Positions 23,100-31,585 of a stretch of 57,251 nucleotides of DNA are shown here, one piece after another. The stretch comes from an uncultured Bacilli bacterium (GTDB taxonomy: Bacteria > Bacillota_I > Bacilli_A > RF39 > UBA660). Made by a program: the position numbers and the translations under genes. The notes under the pieces are model-generated. The model was not told where the DNA came from and ran no database searches. It saw only the letters and a program-made list of their open reading frames with translations. The stretch covers positions 1-57,251 of the forward strand of contig CALVOY010000044.1 of the NCBI GenBank assembly GCA_944350415.1, written 5' to 3'. Every line of letters begins with the position of its first letter. The stretch's first letter is position 1.

Positions 23100-24074
23100 A
23101 TGCAAAATAGACAAGTAGGAACATTAACTGAACAAGAAGTAAAAGACTATATTCACACCCAATATGAGTATCTAGATTTGACACAAGAAGAATTTGATCG
23201 TTATGTTAAATTTATTTTAAAAATCGATCGTTTCAAATCATGGAATCGTAAATTAAAAAATATAATGAATGCCTTTGATTTTTTTGAATCAAAATTTAAT
23301 CAAGTATATGAATTATTCTTACAAAGAGGCTACTCCCAAGAAACAAGTCTAGAACTTGCTAAGAATGGTGTACTATATTCCGATAGGCGTAACTATAATA
23401 CAGATTTTAATATTTTAAGAGTATTAGACTTCGAAGAAGTAGTAATCCGACAAAATGTATTACTTTATAAAAGAATTCCTGAAAAAATTCATGCTAAAAA
23501 ATGCTATTTTATGGATATCAACGATCAAGAAAATCAAACTATAACAAATCTATTGAAAATAACAGATAACAATTTTGAAAAAAAATTCTCGGTTGATGTT
23601 ACCAAACTATTAAAAAGATATCCATTAACAGAAGAGACCAAAAATGTATGGGCTTACCTAGCTAACTTAAAAGATAAAGATTTATTTTCTGAATTTCAAT
23701 TAACCCGTAGAGAAATGGCTGCTATATATCCAACTAGTATCGAAGAAATTGCCCTTCTAAAAATGATAGCAAAATTATCAGATACAGAAATCGTAGAAAA
23801 ATATGGTATCACAAGAAAAGAATTATTACAGAAGCACCCGTTAAACAATGATACTTTAAAAGCAATTAAGGCAATTCATACTGCAAAAGATGAAACCGTT
23901 CAAAAACTATTTCACCAATCAAAAAAAGAAGTATTACAACTAAGAACAATTTCAACAGAAATGATTAAAATTGCAAACAGAGATATTCGCATCAGTCGTG
24001 GTACACCCTGCTCAAGGGAAGAGTTATTACAAATGTTTAAAAGCAAAAAGAAGGGAACTTACCCAAATGGATAG
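23100..24074 (+). CDS. Orphan 324-aa predicted all-helical protein with repeated modules
   Basis: Long ORF with its own promoter and RBS. It is the only + strand gene inside the rplL-rpoB interval. Segments recur, for example LLKRYPLTEETKNVWAYL and LLQKHPLNNDTLKAIKAI. No family recognised. Confidence 0.65.
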   Translation: MQNRQVGTLTEQEVKDYIHTQYEYLDLTQEEFDRYVKFILKIDRFKSWNRKLKNIMNAFDFFESKFNQVYELFLQRGYSQETSLELAKNGVLYSDRRNYNTDFNILRVLDFEEVVIRQNVLLYKRIPEKIHAKKCYFMDINDQENQTITNLLKITDNNFEKKFSVDVTKLLKRYPLTEETKNVWAYLANLKDKDLFSEFQLTRREMAAIYPTSIEEIALLKMIAKLSDTEIVEKYGITRKELLQKHPLNNDTLKAIKAIHTAKDETVQKLFHQSKKEVLQLRTISTEMIKIANRDIRISRGTPCSREELLQMFKSKKKGTYPNG

Positions 24075-24342
24075 TTCCTTTTATCATGTATCATTTTTTC
24101 TTACTTTTGATTTCCTCTATTTTTTAGAAATAACGATTCATAATTATCTTCATATAAATCACAGACTTACTCTGACTTTCTTATCTGTGAATAAGATAGT
24201 TCTAACTTTAAACAAAAGAAATATTTTTCTTTTGATATATGACTGATAATTACAAAAATATTTTTGACTTTATAAAATACATATCACAATTTTCAAAAAT
24301 TCATTACTGCTAAATTTTATAGTTGATACTTCTAAATAGAAT

Positions 24343-24384
24343 ATAAAAAACTGATATTAGAAATATGAATCCCAATATCAGTTT
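24343..24384 (-). terminator. Intrinsic terminator after rplL
   Basis: Stem AACTGATATT/AATATCAGTT with a 15-nt loop. On the minus strand it is followed by TTTTTTAT. Confidence 0.6.
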
Positions 24385-24406
24385 AAAAACCTACTATAAA
24401 TTTATT

Positions 24407-24778
24407 TTACTTAAATTCAACAGTAGCTCCAGCCTCTTCAAGCTTAGTTTTAATTTCATTAGCTTCATCTTTAGAAACATTTTCTTTAACAGTACCATTA
24501 GTATCTACAATATCTTTAGATTCTTTTAAACCTAATCCAGTAATTTCACGAACTACTTTGATTACATTAACTTTAGCAGCACCACCATCAGCGATTACTA
24601 CTGATACAGTAGCACTTCCTTCATCTTCACCAGCTCCAGCTGCAGGAGCAGCAGCAACTGCTACAGCAGATGGATCTACTCCAAATTCTTCTTTCATTGC
24701 ATCTACTAATTCTTTAATTTCTAAAAGACTCATTTCTTTTAAGCTTTCAATAAAGCTTTCTTTTGTTAATTTAGCCAT
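24407..24778 (-). CDS. rplL: 50S ribosomal protein L7/L12
   Basis: 123 aa with the Ala-rich hinge and the C-terminal domain ending EEAGATVEFK. Confidence 0.97.
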   Translation of the reverse strand: MAKLTKESFIESLKEMSLLEIKELVDAMKEEFGVDPSAVAVAAAPAAGAGEDEGSATVSVVIADGGAAKVNVIKVVREITGLGLKESKDIVDTNGTVKENVSKDEANEIKTKLEEAGATVEFK

Positions 24779-24804
24779 TTTATATTCCTCCTTAAATTTT
24801 TAAA

Positions 24805-25305
24805 TTATTCATTTCCTTCTTTTTGCTTAGCATATAAATCCAAACAGATAGATAAATCTTTTGGAATTCCAATCAATGCACCAGCTAACATAGTAAGTAG
24901 TCCTTCTCTTGATGGAATCTTTGCAAGTTCTGCAAGTTGTTTTTGGTCAGAAATCTCACCATCTACAATCCCTACTTTTAAAACTAATGCTGGATGAGTT
25001 TTAGCAAACTCTGTTAAAACCTTAATTGGAGCAACTGCATCATCACCATAAGCAAAAGCACTTGGTCCTTCTAAACTAGAAGTAACATCAATATTTAAAT
25101 CATGAAATGCTCTAGCCATCAAAGTATTTTTATATACTTTATAGTCAGCCCCAACTTCACGAAGTTTTATTCTTAATTCTTTAGATTCGTTATCTGTAAG
25201 ACCACGATAATCAAATAAAACCACAGTAGTAGAAGCATCAACTTTAGCTTTTACTTCATCAATAATCTCTTGCTTCTTTGCCAAGATATTTACATTTGCC
25301 ACCAT
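24805..25305 (-). CDS. rplJ: 50S ribosomal protein L10
   Basis: 166 aa. Typical L10 sequence (VVLFDYRGLT...) in the position upstream of rplL. Confidence 0.95.
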   Translation of the reverse strand: MVANVNILAKKQEIIDEVKAKVDASTTVVLFDYRGLTDNESKELRIKLREVGADYKVYKNTLMARAFHDLNIDVTSSLEGPSAFAYGDDAVAPIKVLTEFAKTHPALVLKVGIVDGEISDQKQLAELAKIPSREGLLTMLAGALIGIPKDLSICLDLYAKQKEGNE

Positions 25306-25460
25306 TACACCTCCTCTTAATTTTTAATTTAGGGATGCCACAAAAAAGTTCTCGGTCTCCCGAGAACTATTAAAACTTTTCTAAAGTCCTCGGCAGGATT
25401 TATCTGTATACCTGCTGTCTATGGCACCAACAAATTACTAATATTATATATTACCAATTA
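25306..25460 (-). promoter_or_regulatory. Ribosomal protein L10 leader with an internal attenuator terminator
   Basis: 155-nt rplA-rplJ spacer. Its minus strand contains AGTTCTCGG-GAGA-CCGAGAACT followed by TTTTTTG (25341-25368). This matches the known Firmicutes L10(L12)4 autoregulatory attenuation leader in position and architecture. Confidence 0.7.
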
Positions 25461-26159
25461 CTATTTGTCAAAGGAATTTATTAAAACTTTAATTCCAGGA
25501 CCCATAGTAGTTGTAATAGCGATATTTTTAATATAATCTCCTTTTACAGTAGAAGGTTTTACTTTCAAAATAGTACTCATAAATGCATCAAGGTTTTCTA
25601 GTAATTGATCTTCCGTGAAAGATACTTTACCGATAATACCATGAACATTTCCAAAACTATCTGTTCTATATTCAACACGACCAGCTTTTACTTCGTTAAC
25701 TGCTTTTACAACATCTGTTGTAACCGTTCCAGTTTTTGGATTTGGCATTAATCCCTTAGGTCCTAAAACCTTACCCAATTTACCAAGTAAAGGCATCATA
25801 TCTGGAGTTGCAATCATAACATCAAAATCGAACCAATTTTCTTTCTCGACTTTTTCTAACATGTCAACATCTCCAACATAATCAGCACCAGCTTCTTTGG
25901 CTTTGGTTGCATTTTCTCCCTTCGCTACAACTAAAACTTTTTTTGTTTTTCCTGTTCCATGAGGTAAAACAATTGCGCCTCTTAATTGTTGATCAGCCTT
26001 TTTTGTGTCTAAGTTTAATCTTACTGCAACCTCAACAGTAGCATCAAACTTACTAGTTGAAGTCTCTTTTACTAATTTGACAGCTTCTTCTTTTGAATAA
26101 GCTTTATTCTTTTCCACTTTTTCACAAGCTGCAACATACTTCTTTCCTCTTTGTTTCAC
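25461..26159 (-). CDS. rplA: 50S ribosomal protein L1
   Basis: 232 aa. Canonical L1 ([10 protein letters not shown]..., [10 protein letters not shown]). Confidence 0.97.
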   Translation of the reverse strand: MKQRGKKYVAACEKVEKNKAYSKEEAVKLVKETSTSKFDATVEVAVRLNLDTKKADQQLRGAIVLPHGTGKTKKVLVVAKGENATKAKEAGADYVGDVDMLEKVEKENWFDFDVMIATPDMMPLLGKLGKVLGPKGLMPNPKTGTVTTDVVKAVNEVKAGRVEYRTDSFGNVHGIIGKVSFTEDQLLENLDAFMSTILKVKPSTVKGDYIKNIAITTTMGPGIKVLINSFDK

Positions 26160-26244
26160 TTTTATTCCTCCTTATGTGGTTTCTTTCGAAATATTCGAAA
26201 ATACGGATATATCAGGAGTTAAGCGGATCCTCCCACATAGTAAT

Positions 26245-26670
26245 TTAATCTACTACTTCGATTCCCATGTTACGAGCAGTTCCTTCCACAATTTTCATTG
26301 CTTCTTCAACTGTGTAAGCATTTAAATCAGGTAATTTCGTTTCTGCAATTTCTTTTAATTGAGCCTTCGTAATAGAACCAACAATTTCACTAGATCCTTT
26401 ACTAGACCCTTTCTTTACATTAGCAGCTTTCATAATTAAGAAAGGAGCTGGTGGAGTCTTAATTACAAAATCAAAACTTCTGTCATCATAAATAGAAATT
26501 TCAACTGGTAAAATATCTCCCATCTTATCTCTTGTTGCATCATTATATTTTGTACAAAAATCTTGTAAATTAATTCCTGCAGGTCCTAACACAGTTCCAA
26601 CTGGTGGAGCTGGTGTAGCTTTTCCAGCAGCAATTTGTAATTTAATCTTCTTAACAACTTCTTTTGCCAC
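26245..26670 (-). CDS. rplK: 50S ribosomal protein L11
   Basis: [29 protein letters not shown]. Start reassigned to GTG 26670, which lies 8 nt after AGGAGG. The track start at 26679 falls inside the RBS. Confidence 0.95.
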   Translation of the reverse strand: MAKEVVKKIKLQIAAGKATPAPPVGTVLGPAGINLQDFCTKYNDATRDKMGDILPVEISIYDDRSFDFVIKTPPAPFLIMKAANVKKGSSKGSSEIVGSITKAQLKEIAETKLPDLNAYTVEEAMKIVEGTARNMGIEVVD

Positions 26671-26850
26671 GAAAAACACCTCCTATAATTTTGTCTTCGT
26701 GAGTGGTTCAAATAGCTACCCGCTTCTATATGGTACAAATAATCTTTAGACCACATACTATTAGCTTTGCTTCCCACTAATCGAATTTATCTATATTAAA
26801 ATAATATAGCTCTTAAATGATAACACTAAACCCTCTAAAAATCAAGCATT

Positions 26851-27249
26851 TTATTTATTATTAGTAACAATAGTAGATTGCTGTGAAGTTTTTGGATAAT
26901 GAAATTGATTAAACAAATTGAAATCAAGTTTTCCGCTACTTAAAAGTTCTCCAAATTGAAAACCATGATATTCTTGATATTTACTGAAAAGGATTTGATC
27001 ACTAATATGATACTTCTCTTGCAAACCACTTGTCATCAAACTTTCTTGAGAAACAGATTTCATATCGTAAAATAAATCTAAATCATAAGGAAATAAGTAA
27101 GTATTGATAGCAATAGTTTTGAGCTTTCCCATAGAATTTAAAAACCTATTTCTATGCTCTTCATTAAAATCAAGTAGTAAATTATAATTAGCTAAAAGTT
27201 TAGTTTTTAAAGTGATATAATCCTCTATACTAACATGCTCTTGATACAT
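26851..27249 (-). CDS. Orphan 132-aa protein between nusG and rplK
   Basis: The ATG lies 1 nt after the nusG stop. Shares the segment QF..L.SSGKLD.N.F with the 390-aa orphan at 13556-14728. Confidence 0.55.
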   Translation of the reverse strand: MYQEHVSIEDYITLKTKLLANYNLLLDFNEEHRNRFLNSMGKLKTIAINTYLFPYDLDLFYDMKSVSQESLMTSGLQEKYHISDQILFSKYQEYHGFQFGELLSSGKLDFNLFNQFHYPKTSQQSTIVTNNK

Positions 27250-27250
27250 A

Positions 27251-27787
27251 TTAACTAGCTACCTCAATTTCAGATATACTTACTTCTACAGAAGTTTCTT
27301 GTCCAAATAAATCCACAAGTAACATAATTTTTTGAGTAGCAGTATCTACAGAATCAATCACTCCAAACATACCAGAGAAAGGACCAGATATAATCTTAAC
27401 TTTACTACCAACTTCTAATTCTTTATTAACATCCAATCTACTCATGCCCATATTATTTAATATTTTGTCTACTTCGTAAGGTTGAAGAGGTGTAGGTTTG
27501 GCACCTTTTCCACTAGAACCAATAAATCCCGTTACACCAGGAGTATTACGAACAACATACCAAGCTTCATCGCTCATAACCATCTCAACTAAAATATAGC
27601 CAGGGAACATCTTTTTAATTTTTTCTTTGGTTTGACCATCTTTCTCTTCAACTATTTTTTGTTCCGGAACAATTACTCTAAAAATATAATCTTTCATATC
27701 CATGCTTTCAGCACGCATTTCCAATTTCTCTTTTACTTTATTCTCATGACCAGAATAAGTATTTACTACATACCATTGCTTATCCAT
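27251..27787 (-). CDS. nusG: Transcription termination/antitermination factor NusG
   Basis: MDKQWYVVNTYSGHENKV... with a KOW motif near the C-terminus. Start set at ATG 27787 behind AGGTG. Confidence 0.95.
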   Translation of the reverse strand: MDKQWYVVNTYSGHENKVKEKLEMRAESMDMKDYIFRVIVPEQKIVEEKDGQTKEKIKKMFPGYILVEMVMSDEAWYVVRNTPGVTGFIGSSGKGAKPTPLQPYEVDKILNNMGMSRLDVNKELEVGSKVKIISGPFSGMFGVIDSVDTATQKIMLLVDLFGQETSVEVSISEIEVAS

Positions 27788-27788
27788 A

Positions 27789-28133
27789 CTAAACACCTGC
27801 TTTCAATAATGCAATAATTAAATCTATAATATAGAAAAATAATGCAAAAAATATCACAAATACAATAGTAGCGGCAGAATATTTAACCATATCTTTTTTA
27901 GAAGGCCACTTTACTTTAGAAACTTCACTTTTTACCTCTTTCAAAAAGGTAATAATTTTGGAATGTTTTTTAGTTGTTTTTGTCTTTTTTTTCTGCTTTG
28001 AATTCTTACTGGAAGCAGTTTTTTTTGTCTTACTGTCTTTCGTCTTAGAAGTAGATTTCTTTTTACTTTCAATCTTTGATAGTTCTAAATCGACATCTAT
28101 AGTTTCCCTAGTGTCTTTTACAACTTTTGCCAT
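27789..28133 (-). CDS. secE: Preprotein translocase subunit SecE with a roughly 50-aa Lys/Ser/Thr-rich N-terminal extension
   Basis: The C-terminal 60 aa are canonical SecE (FLKEVKSEVSKVKWPSKKDMVKYSAATIVFVIFFALFFYIIDLII). Directly upstream of nusG. Confidence 0.88.
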   Translation of the reverse strand: MAKVVKDTRETIDVDLELSKIESKKKSTSKTKDSKTKKTASSKNSKQKKKTKTTKKHSKIITFLKEVKSEVSKVKWPSKKDMVKYSAATIVFVIFFALFFYIIDLIIALLKAGV

Positions 28134-28219
28134 ATACCCACCTAACCTTTTTTATCAAAATAAAAACACCTTCCCGTGTTCACCACTAAATTAACACAAA
28201 AAGGTTGTAAAGTCAATAA

Positions 28220-28858
28220 CTAAACCAAATAATTCGAAAAATAGAAAAGAACACCCAACATAATAACAACCAACGAAGCAGCTACCGTTAACAAAAAGAA
28301 ATTATGACCAAAAGCCGCTTCATCCATAGAAGCCAATGCTCTACCCGCTTCTGTCGCTTTGACATATGCCAAACTAGAAGCATTAGTACTAGAATGACCC
28401 TTGCTTTGTTTTATAACATGATCAGATAGATAAATATCTGTTCCTACTACTTTTCCAGCTTGATAGCTATCCACTAAAATAGATTTATAATAAGCTCTAT
28501 CTTCTTCTGGATACCAAAAAGAAAAATTCGCAAAGTGGTTACTAACATAAAGAGGTGCCAACAAACTATTGGAAGAATGATCACTATAAGCCCATAAAGC
28601 AACCATAGACATCCAAATCATATTATTTAAAATAGCCATTTCTTTATTATCCGCAACAACACTAGAAATAGGAGCAGTTTTACTAAAAAAATAGATACCA
28701 TCTTGGAAATAAATATTATGAATGTTAAAATCCGTTACCATCATATTTTTGGCATGCAATTTTTTTAACATCAAATCCATGATAACCAAAGCAGCTCTTT
28801 TTTGTTCAACAGGCATATTTTTAAAATTCATATCCATTAAACTAACTCTATCTCCCAT
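28220..28858 (-). CDS. Orphan C-terminally membrane-anchored protein downstream of the sigH-like gene
   Basis: Single C-terminal TM (FFLLTVAASLVVIMLGVLFYF). Start placed at ATG 28858 behind AGGTGA. Has its own promoter. Confidence 0.6.
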   Translation of the reverse strand: MGDRVSLMDMNFKNMPVEQKRAALVIMDLMLKKLHAKNMMVTDFNIHNIYFQDGIYFFSKTAPISSVVADNKEMAILNNMIWMSMVALWAYSDHSSNSLLAPLYVSNHFANFSFWYPEEDRAYYKSILVDSYQAGKVVGTDIYLSDHVIKQSKGHSSTNASSLAYVKATEAGRALASMDEAAFGHNFFLLTVAASLVVIMLGVLFYFSNYLV

Positions 28859-28873
28859 AGTATCACCTATTAT

Positions 28874-28902
28874 CATTATATCATTAAAAAGACTTTTTTC
28901 AA
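28874..28902 (-). promoter_or_regulatory. Candidate sigma-A promoter (TTGAAA-16 nt-TATAAT with extended -10 TG)
   Basis: Minus strand reads TTGAAAAAAGTCTTTTTAATGATATAAT. It lies between the sigma-factor stop (28920) and the start at 28858. Confidence 0.55.
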
Positions 28903-28919
28903 TGTGCTAACCAAAAATA

Positions 28920-29546
28920 TTAAAGAAGCTTCTCTAATTTCAAATAATCTTTCAATTTTTTACGAACCCGAAACAAGATATTAGAAACAGATTTTAAAGA
29001 TACATCCAATAATTTCATAATATCTTGATTTTGAAAGCCATTCATTTTTAATTCAAAAACACAAGCAGAAAGAAAATCTAATGTTAATAAAAAATTATGA
29101 ATAACTACTTTCAATTCTTTTTCTTCTACCATTAAATGTGGTAATAATGCTTTTTTATCTTCTAAAATATCAATCAAAGATCCATCTTCTACCATAGAAA
29201 GTGGATGAAACAAGGAAATCCCTTGATTTAAATGCTTATGTTTATCTGCTTTTTTCATAGTCAAACAATTTAAGATTTTACTTCGAATTGAAATCATTGC
29301 ATAAGTATAAAATAAAACATTATTATTAGAGTCATAAGTTTGAATAGCTTGATAAAGACCTAAATATGCTTCTTGAATAATATCATCCACTTCTAATCCA
29401 TAAAGTCTAGCTTCATTTTGATACTGATAAGCCAATTTTAATATAATGGGTTTATACTTTTGAAATAAAATCTCCCTAGCATCTTCATTTTGTTCTTCTA
29501 CTAAATACATTACTTCATAATCATTGAAATCTCTATACATTCCCAT
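28920..29546 (-). CDS. sigH: Sigma-70 family sigma factor, SigH-like by synteny
   Basis: 208 aa. Region 2 (DDIIQEAYLGLYQAIQTYD) and a region 4 HTH are present. The order cysS-mrnC-rlmB-sigma-secE-nusG matches B. subtilis sigH. Confidence 0.6.
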   Translation of the reverse strand: MGMYRDFNDYEVMYLVEEQNEDAREILFQKYKPIILKLAYQYQNEARLYGLEVDDIIQEAYLGLYQAIQTYDSNNNVLFYTYAMISIRSKILNCLTMKKADKHKHLNQGISLFHPLSMVEDGSLIDILEDKKALLPHLMVEEKELKVVIHNFLLTLDFLSACVFELKMNGFQNQDIMKLLDVSLKSVSNILFRVRKKLKDYLKLEKLL

Positions 29547-29549
29547 ATC

Positions 29550-30251
29550 CTACTTTCTTTTCTGTCTAACCACCTCATAAATCATAATTCCTGCAGCTAC
29601 AGAAGCGTTTAGACTATTTACTTTGCCATACATGGGAATTCTAGCTATAAAATCACAAGATTCACGAACCATTCTAGAAAGGCCATTCCCTTCATTTCCA
29701 ATCACCAAAGCAATCTTACCAGAATAATCAAGATTGCGATAATCCGTACTATCTTCCATATTCGTTCCAATAATCCAAAAACCATTTTTTTTAAGGTCTT
29801 GAATAGTCTGATTTAAATTAGTAACCAGAGAAATCGGAATATTATCAATCGCTCCCGTACTAGTTTTGATTACAGTAGCATTCACGGTTACTCCGCGATC
29901 CTTAGGAATAATAATCCCATCTACACCTGCAGCTTCACTAGTACGAATAATAGCCCCTAAGTTATGAGGATCTTCTAAATGATCCAAAATAACAACAAAA
30001 CTATTTTCATTATCGATAAATTGATGATAATCAGTATAGCTAAAATCCTCAACATCTAGAATTATACCTTGATGCACCCCATTTGCAAGTTGATCTAATT
30101 CTTTTTTGCTTCGATACAAAACCGGAATTTTAAATTTTTCTATAAGGATTTTCAATTTTTCATCATGAAATCCTATCTGCAAATACACTTTTCTAACTTT
30201 TTCATTTTTTCCCAAAAATTCGAAAGCTACATTTCTACCATATACCAACAT
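29550..30251 (-). CDS. rlmB: TrmH/SpoU-family 23S rRNA 2'-O-methyltransferase (RlmB/YacO-like)
   Basis: SpoU motifs are present (DPHNLGAIIRTSEAAGV, LVIGNEGNGLS, SLNASVAAGI). Start set at ATG 30251 behind GGAGG. Confidence 0.85.
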   Translation of the reverse strand: MLVYGRNVAFEFLGKNEKVRKVYLQIGFHDEKLKILIEKFKIPVLYRSKKELDQLANGVHQGIILDVEDFSYTDYHQFIDNENSFVVILDHLEDPHNLGAIIRTSEAAGVDGIIIPKDRGVTVNATVIKTSTGAIDNIPISLVTNLNQTIQDLKKNGFWIIGTNMEDSTDYRNLDYSGKIALVIGNEGNGLSRMVRESCDFIARIPMYGKVNSLNASVAAGIMIYEVVRQKRK

Positions 30252-30300
30252 AAAATCCTCCATAATAATTACATACAATCAATATGTAATCTAATCTTCT

Positions 30301-30687
30301 TTATTTTATAGAAGTACTTTCTAATATAAAATTCATAATCTCATCTATTCTATCCCTGCGTTGCATTAAATCTAAATATCCAATCAAAGCTTCTAATCCT
30401 GTTGCATGCTTATATGTTAAAATATCACAGTTCTTAGGATGAGAACGACTTTTATAATTTCTAGCTCGTTTAACAACAAGAAGTTCCTCTTCAGTAAAAA
30501 AGTTCTTTTCAATAAGATCCGTTAAAAACTTTGCTTGCGCTTTCGCACTCACATAAGAAATAGAAGCTGTTTGTAAATCATTTACATTACCAATTCCTGT
30601 TTGGATCAGATATTTTCTAACATAATTCTCGTAAATGGTATCACCCAAATAGGCAAGAACTAAAACATTAATTTCTAATACATTCAT
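30301..30687 (-). CDS. mrnC: Mini-ribonuclease 3
   Basis: 128 aa with LAYLGDTIYENYVR and ATGLEALIGYL RNase III-like motifs. Positioned between cysS and rlmB. Confidence 0.85.
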   Translation of the reverse strand: MNVLEINVLVLAYLGDTIYENYVRKYLIQTGIGNVNDLQTASISYVSAKAQAKFLTDLIEKNFFTEEELLVVKRARNYKSRSHPKNCDILTYKHATGLEALIGYLDLMQRRDRIDEIMNFILESTSIK

Positions 30688-30790
30688 CTTACTCCTCCAT
30701 CGTGATCTTTGATTTTATACTATCAAATCATGCTCATTATAATCAATCATTTCTTGTACTAACTACCTGCTAAAATTATAACATGATTTT

Positions 30791-30819
30791 AAATAAGAAA
30801 AAACTCAATCATGAGTTTT
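30791..30819 (-). terminator. Intrinsic terminator after the Zn-metallopeptidase gene
   Basis: AAAACTCA-ATCA-TGAGTTTT hairpin, followed on the minus strand by TTTCTTATTT. Confidence 0.55.
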
Positions 30820-30875
30820 AACATAACAATAATAATACCATTTATCTAAAGGATAAAAAAACAGTTTAATAACAA

Positions 30876-31574
30876 TTAATTTCTATCATTACGGCCAATA
30901 ATTAATAAAACAAATCGTAGTATCTCAAGTATAGTAGCCGCTACACCAGCTACATAAGTCATAGCTGCTACCTTTAACATATCACGACTTCCATCTATCT
31001 CATTAGCATTTAAAACTTGATTACTTTCTAACTCTGTTAGAGCTCTTTTAGAAGCATCAAATTCTACTGGCAAAGTAATTAATTGAAACAATAAAATTAC
31101 CAAAAGAAGTCCAATTCCTGCCCAGGCAAGTTCCAAAAAGTTAAAAATAAAACCAATAAATATCGCTATGTATCCAAATTTAGAAGCGAAAGAAACAAAA
31201 GGAAAAATAGCTCCACGAATCTTAATCATAGTATATCCTTCTTTATGTTGAATAGCGTGTCCCACTTCATGAGCAGCTATGGAAACAGAAGCAATACTAT
31301 CGCCATGAAATACATCCTTAGATAACCTAACTACTTTTCTATTAGGATCATAATGATCACTTAAAACTCCTTTTACTTCAGTAACATAAATATCTTGTAA
31401 CCCATGCTGATCTAGAATAATTCTAGCCACTTCTTGCCCAGTCAGACCTTTTTTAGAACGAATTTTACGATAAGTATGATAACGATTATTAACAAAATAA
31501 TCAGCAACTACTGTAATAATAAATGCAATAATAACAAGTAAATAACCTAATGAATCATAAAAACTATATCCCAA
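30876..31574 (-). CDS. Membrane zinc metallopeptidase (neutral zinc metallopeptidase family)
   Basis: 232 aa with the HEVGHAIQH zinc motif, flanking TM helices, and an N-terminal TM. TTG start behind AGGAGA. Confidence 0.8.
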   Translation of the reverse strand: MGYSFYDSLGYLLVIIAFIITVVADYFVNNRYHTYRKIRSKKGLTGQEVARIILDQHGLQDIYVTEVKGVLSDHYDPNRKVVRLSKDVFHGDSIASVSIAAHEVGHAIQHKEGYTMIKIRGAIFPFVSFASKFGYIAIFIGFIFNFLELAWAGIGLLLVILLFQLITLPVEFDASKRALTELESNQVLNANEIDGSRDMLKVAAMTYVAGVAATILEILRFVLLIIGRNDRN

Positions 31575-31585
31575 AATATCATCTC

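Noticed and set aside
22893-23114. 73-aa minus-strand ORF spanning the divergent promoter region, and the 91-aa ORF at 23971-24246.
   Set aside because: The first covers the hairpin and both candidate promoters and has no RBS. The second runs out of the 3' end of the 324-aa gene into the intergenic region. Neither has supporting signals.
26680-26850. Roughly 170-nt leader upstream of rplK as a possible L1/L11 autoregulatory RNA.
   Set aside because: A reasonable promoter (TTGATT-17-TATCAT) and a long leader are visible. I could not identify a convincing conserved structure or rRNA mimic by eye, so I did not call it.
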